Positions 63,241 through 64,000 of a stretch of DNA of 64,000 nucleotides are shown piece by piece. The notes below the pieces were generated by a model, which ran no database searches, had not been told where the DNA came from, and saw only the letters and a list, made by a program, of their open reading frames with translations. Every line of letters begins with the position of its first letter. Positions within the stretch are counted from its first letter, which is position 1. The DNA comes from an uncultured Chloroflexia bacterium. GTDB lineage: Bacteria > Chloroflexota > Chloroflexia > Thermomicrobiales > UBA6265. The stretch covers positions 288,001 through 352,000 of the forward strand of contig CAVRUC010000010.1 in assembly GCA_963724295.1 (NCBI GenBank). The letters run 5' to 3'. A program made the position numbers and the translations under genes.

Positions 63241-63968
63241 AACCCGACCATCGGCATCACGTCCCGGAATCCGAACCGAAGGTAGAGACCGTGCGCCATG
63301 GCCGTGGCGGCGAGGACGCAGGCCGTCGCGCCGGCCGCGAGCGCGTCGTCCAGGAGACTGCGCATGATCGCGGCGGCGTGCCCGCGGCGGCGATACGCGG
63401 GCACGGTGGCCATGTCACCCAGGTACGCATGATCTCCCAGGAGCACGATTCGACCGAACGATGCCGGCTCCCCGCCATCTGAGATCCAGCGTTGCCGGAT
63501 GGCTGGGTCGGCAACGAGGCCACTTCTGGTGGGGTGCTCAGACCCACCTGTCGCCAGGATCGCGCTCAGCACACGATCTTCCGTGGCCGCATCCTCGATG
63601 AGCAGTGCGCGGTCATCGCCCAACAGTGAGACGCGCTGCGTCAGGGGCCGCACCATCAAGGTCCATTCCGCGACGCGTTCATAGCCGGCTGCCTCATAAA
63701 TCCCCGTTTCGGCCCGGATCCGTTCCCCCATTGGGGTGATCCAATGGGGCGAGCGCGCGGCGAGTGATTGGGCAAACTGGATGGCCTCGTCCGCGGGTAC
63801 GTCATACGGGAAAAAATCGTGGGTGAAGGTGGAGCCGGCTCGCCCATCGGGATAGACGAAATAGCGCGTCTTCCCGTGGCGCGCAGCCATGTCGCGGGAG
63901 TGATCGAGTTCGAGCTTGATAATCGCGTCGACAAAGGTGTCGACGATGGCGAGCGGCGCCGCGCCCAT
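63222..63968 (-). CDS. GNAT family N-acetyltransferase
   Basis: MATVPAYRRRGHA, LYLRFGF. Confidence 0.85.
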   Translation of the reverse strand: MGAAPLAIVDTFVDAIIKLELDHSRDMAARHGKTRYFVYPDGRAGSTFTHDFFPYDVPADEAIQFAQSLAARSPHWITPMGERIRAETGIYEAAGYERVAEWTLMVRPLTQRVSLLGDDRALLIEDAATEDRVLSAILATGGSEHPTRSGLVADPAIRQRWISDGGEPASFGRIVLLGDHAYLGDMATVPAYRRRGHAAAIMRSLLDDALAAGATACVLAATAMAHGLYLRFGFRDVMPMVGFQTGNG

Positions 63969-64000
63969 GCTGGTGGCCGCCTCTCCGGTTCTGATCGGGC

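Overview
High-GC bacterial chromosomal segment. Chloroflexota (Thermomicrobiales-like) is my inference from F420-type LLM enzymes, 'AQDATP'-type secreted proteins and the intergenic repeat style. Core content: caa3-type cytochrome c oxidase operon (ctaCDEFG), sucAB, nuoLMN with no adjacent nuoA-K, ada, a phospholipid cluster (CDP-alcohol phosphatidyltransferase / PlsC-like / CdsA-like), GGT, a polyprenyl synthase, a NiCoT-Fur pair and sugar-catabolism genes. No rRNA, tRNA or CRISPR array was seen. Most notable unannotated structure: (1) a ~4.8 kb island that splits a TIGR03086-family gene at a duplicated 10-bp core (ACGACGTGGT); removing it restores an in-frame ~194-aa ORF, and it carries repeated 11-6-11 dif-like palindromes and a Tn3-like end bracketing its cargo genes; (2) a 224-bp duplicated cupin fragment fused to two tandem tails resembling large serine recombinase C-termini; (3) a strongly promoted, highly structured ~180-nt candidate ncRNA at 56.5 kb; (4) a modular 7/8-mer palindromic intergenic repeat family. 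All family assignments are from motif recognition by eye; no database searches were run.
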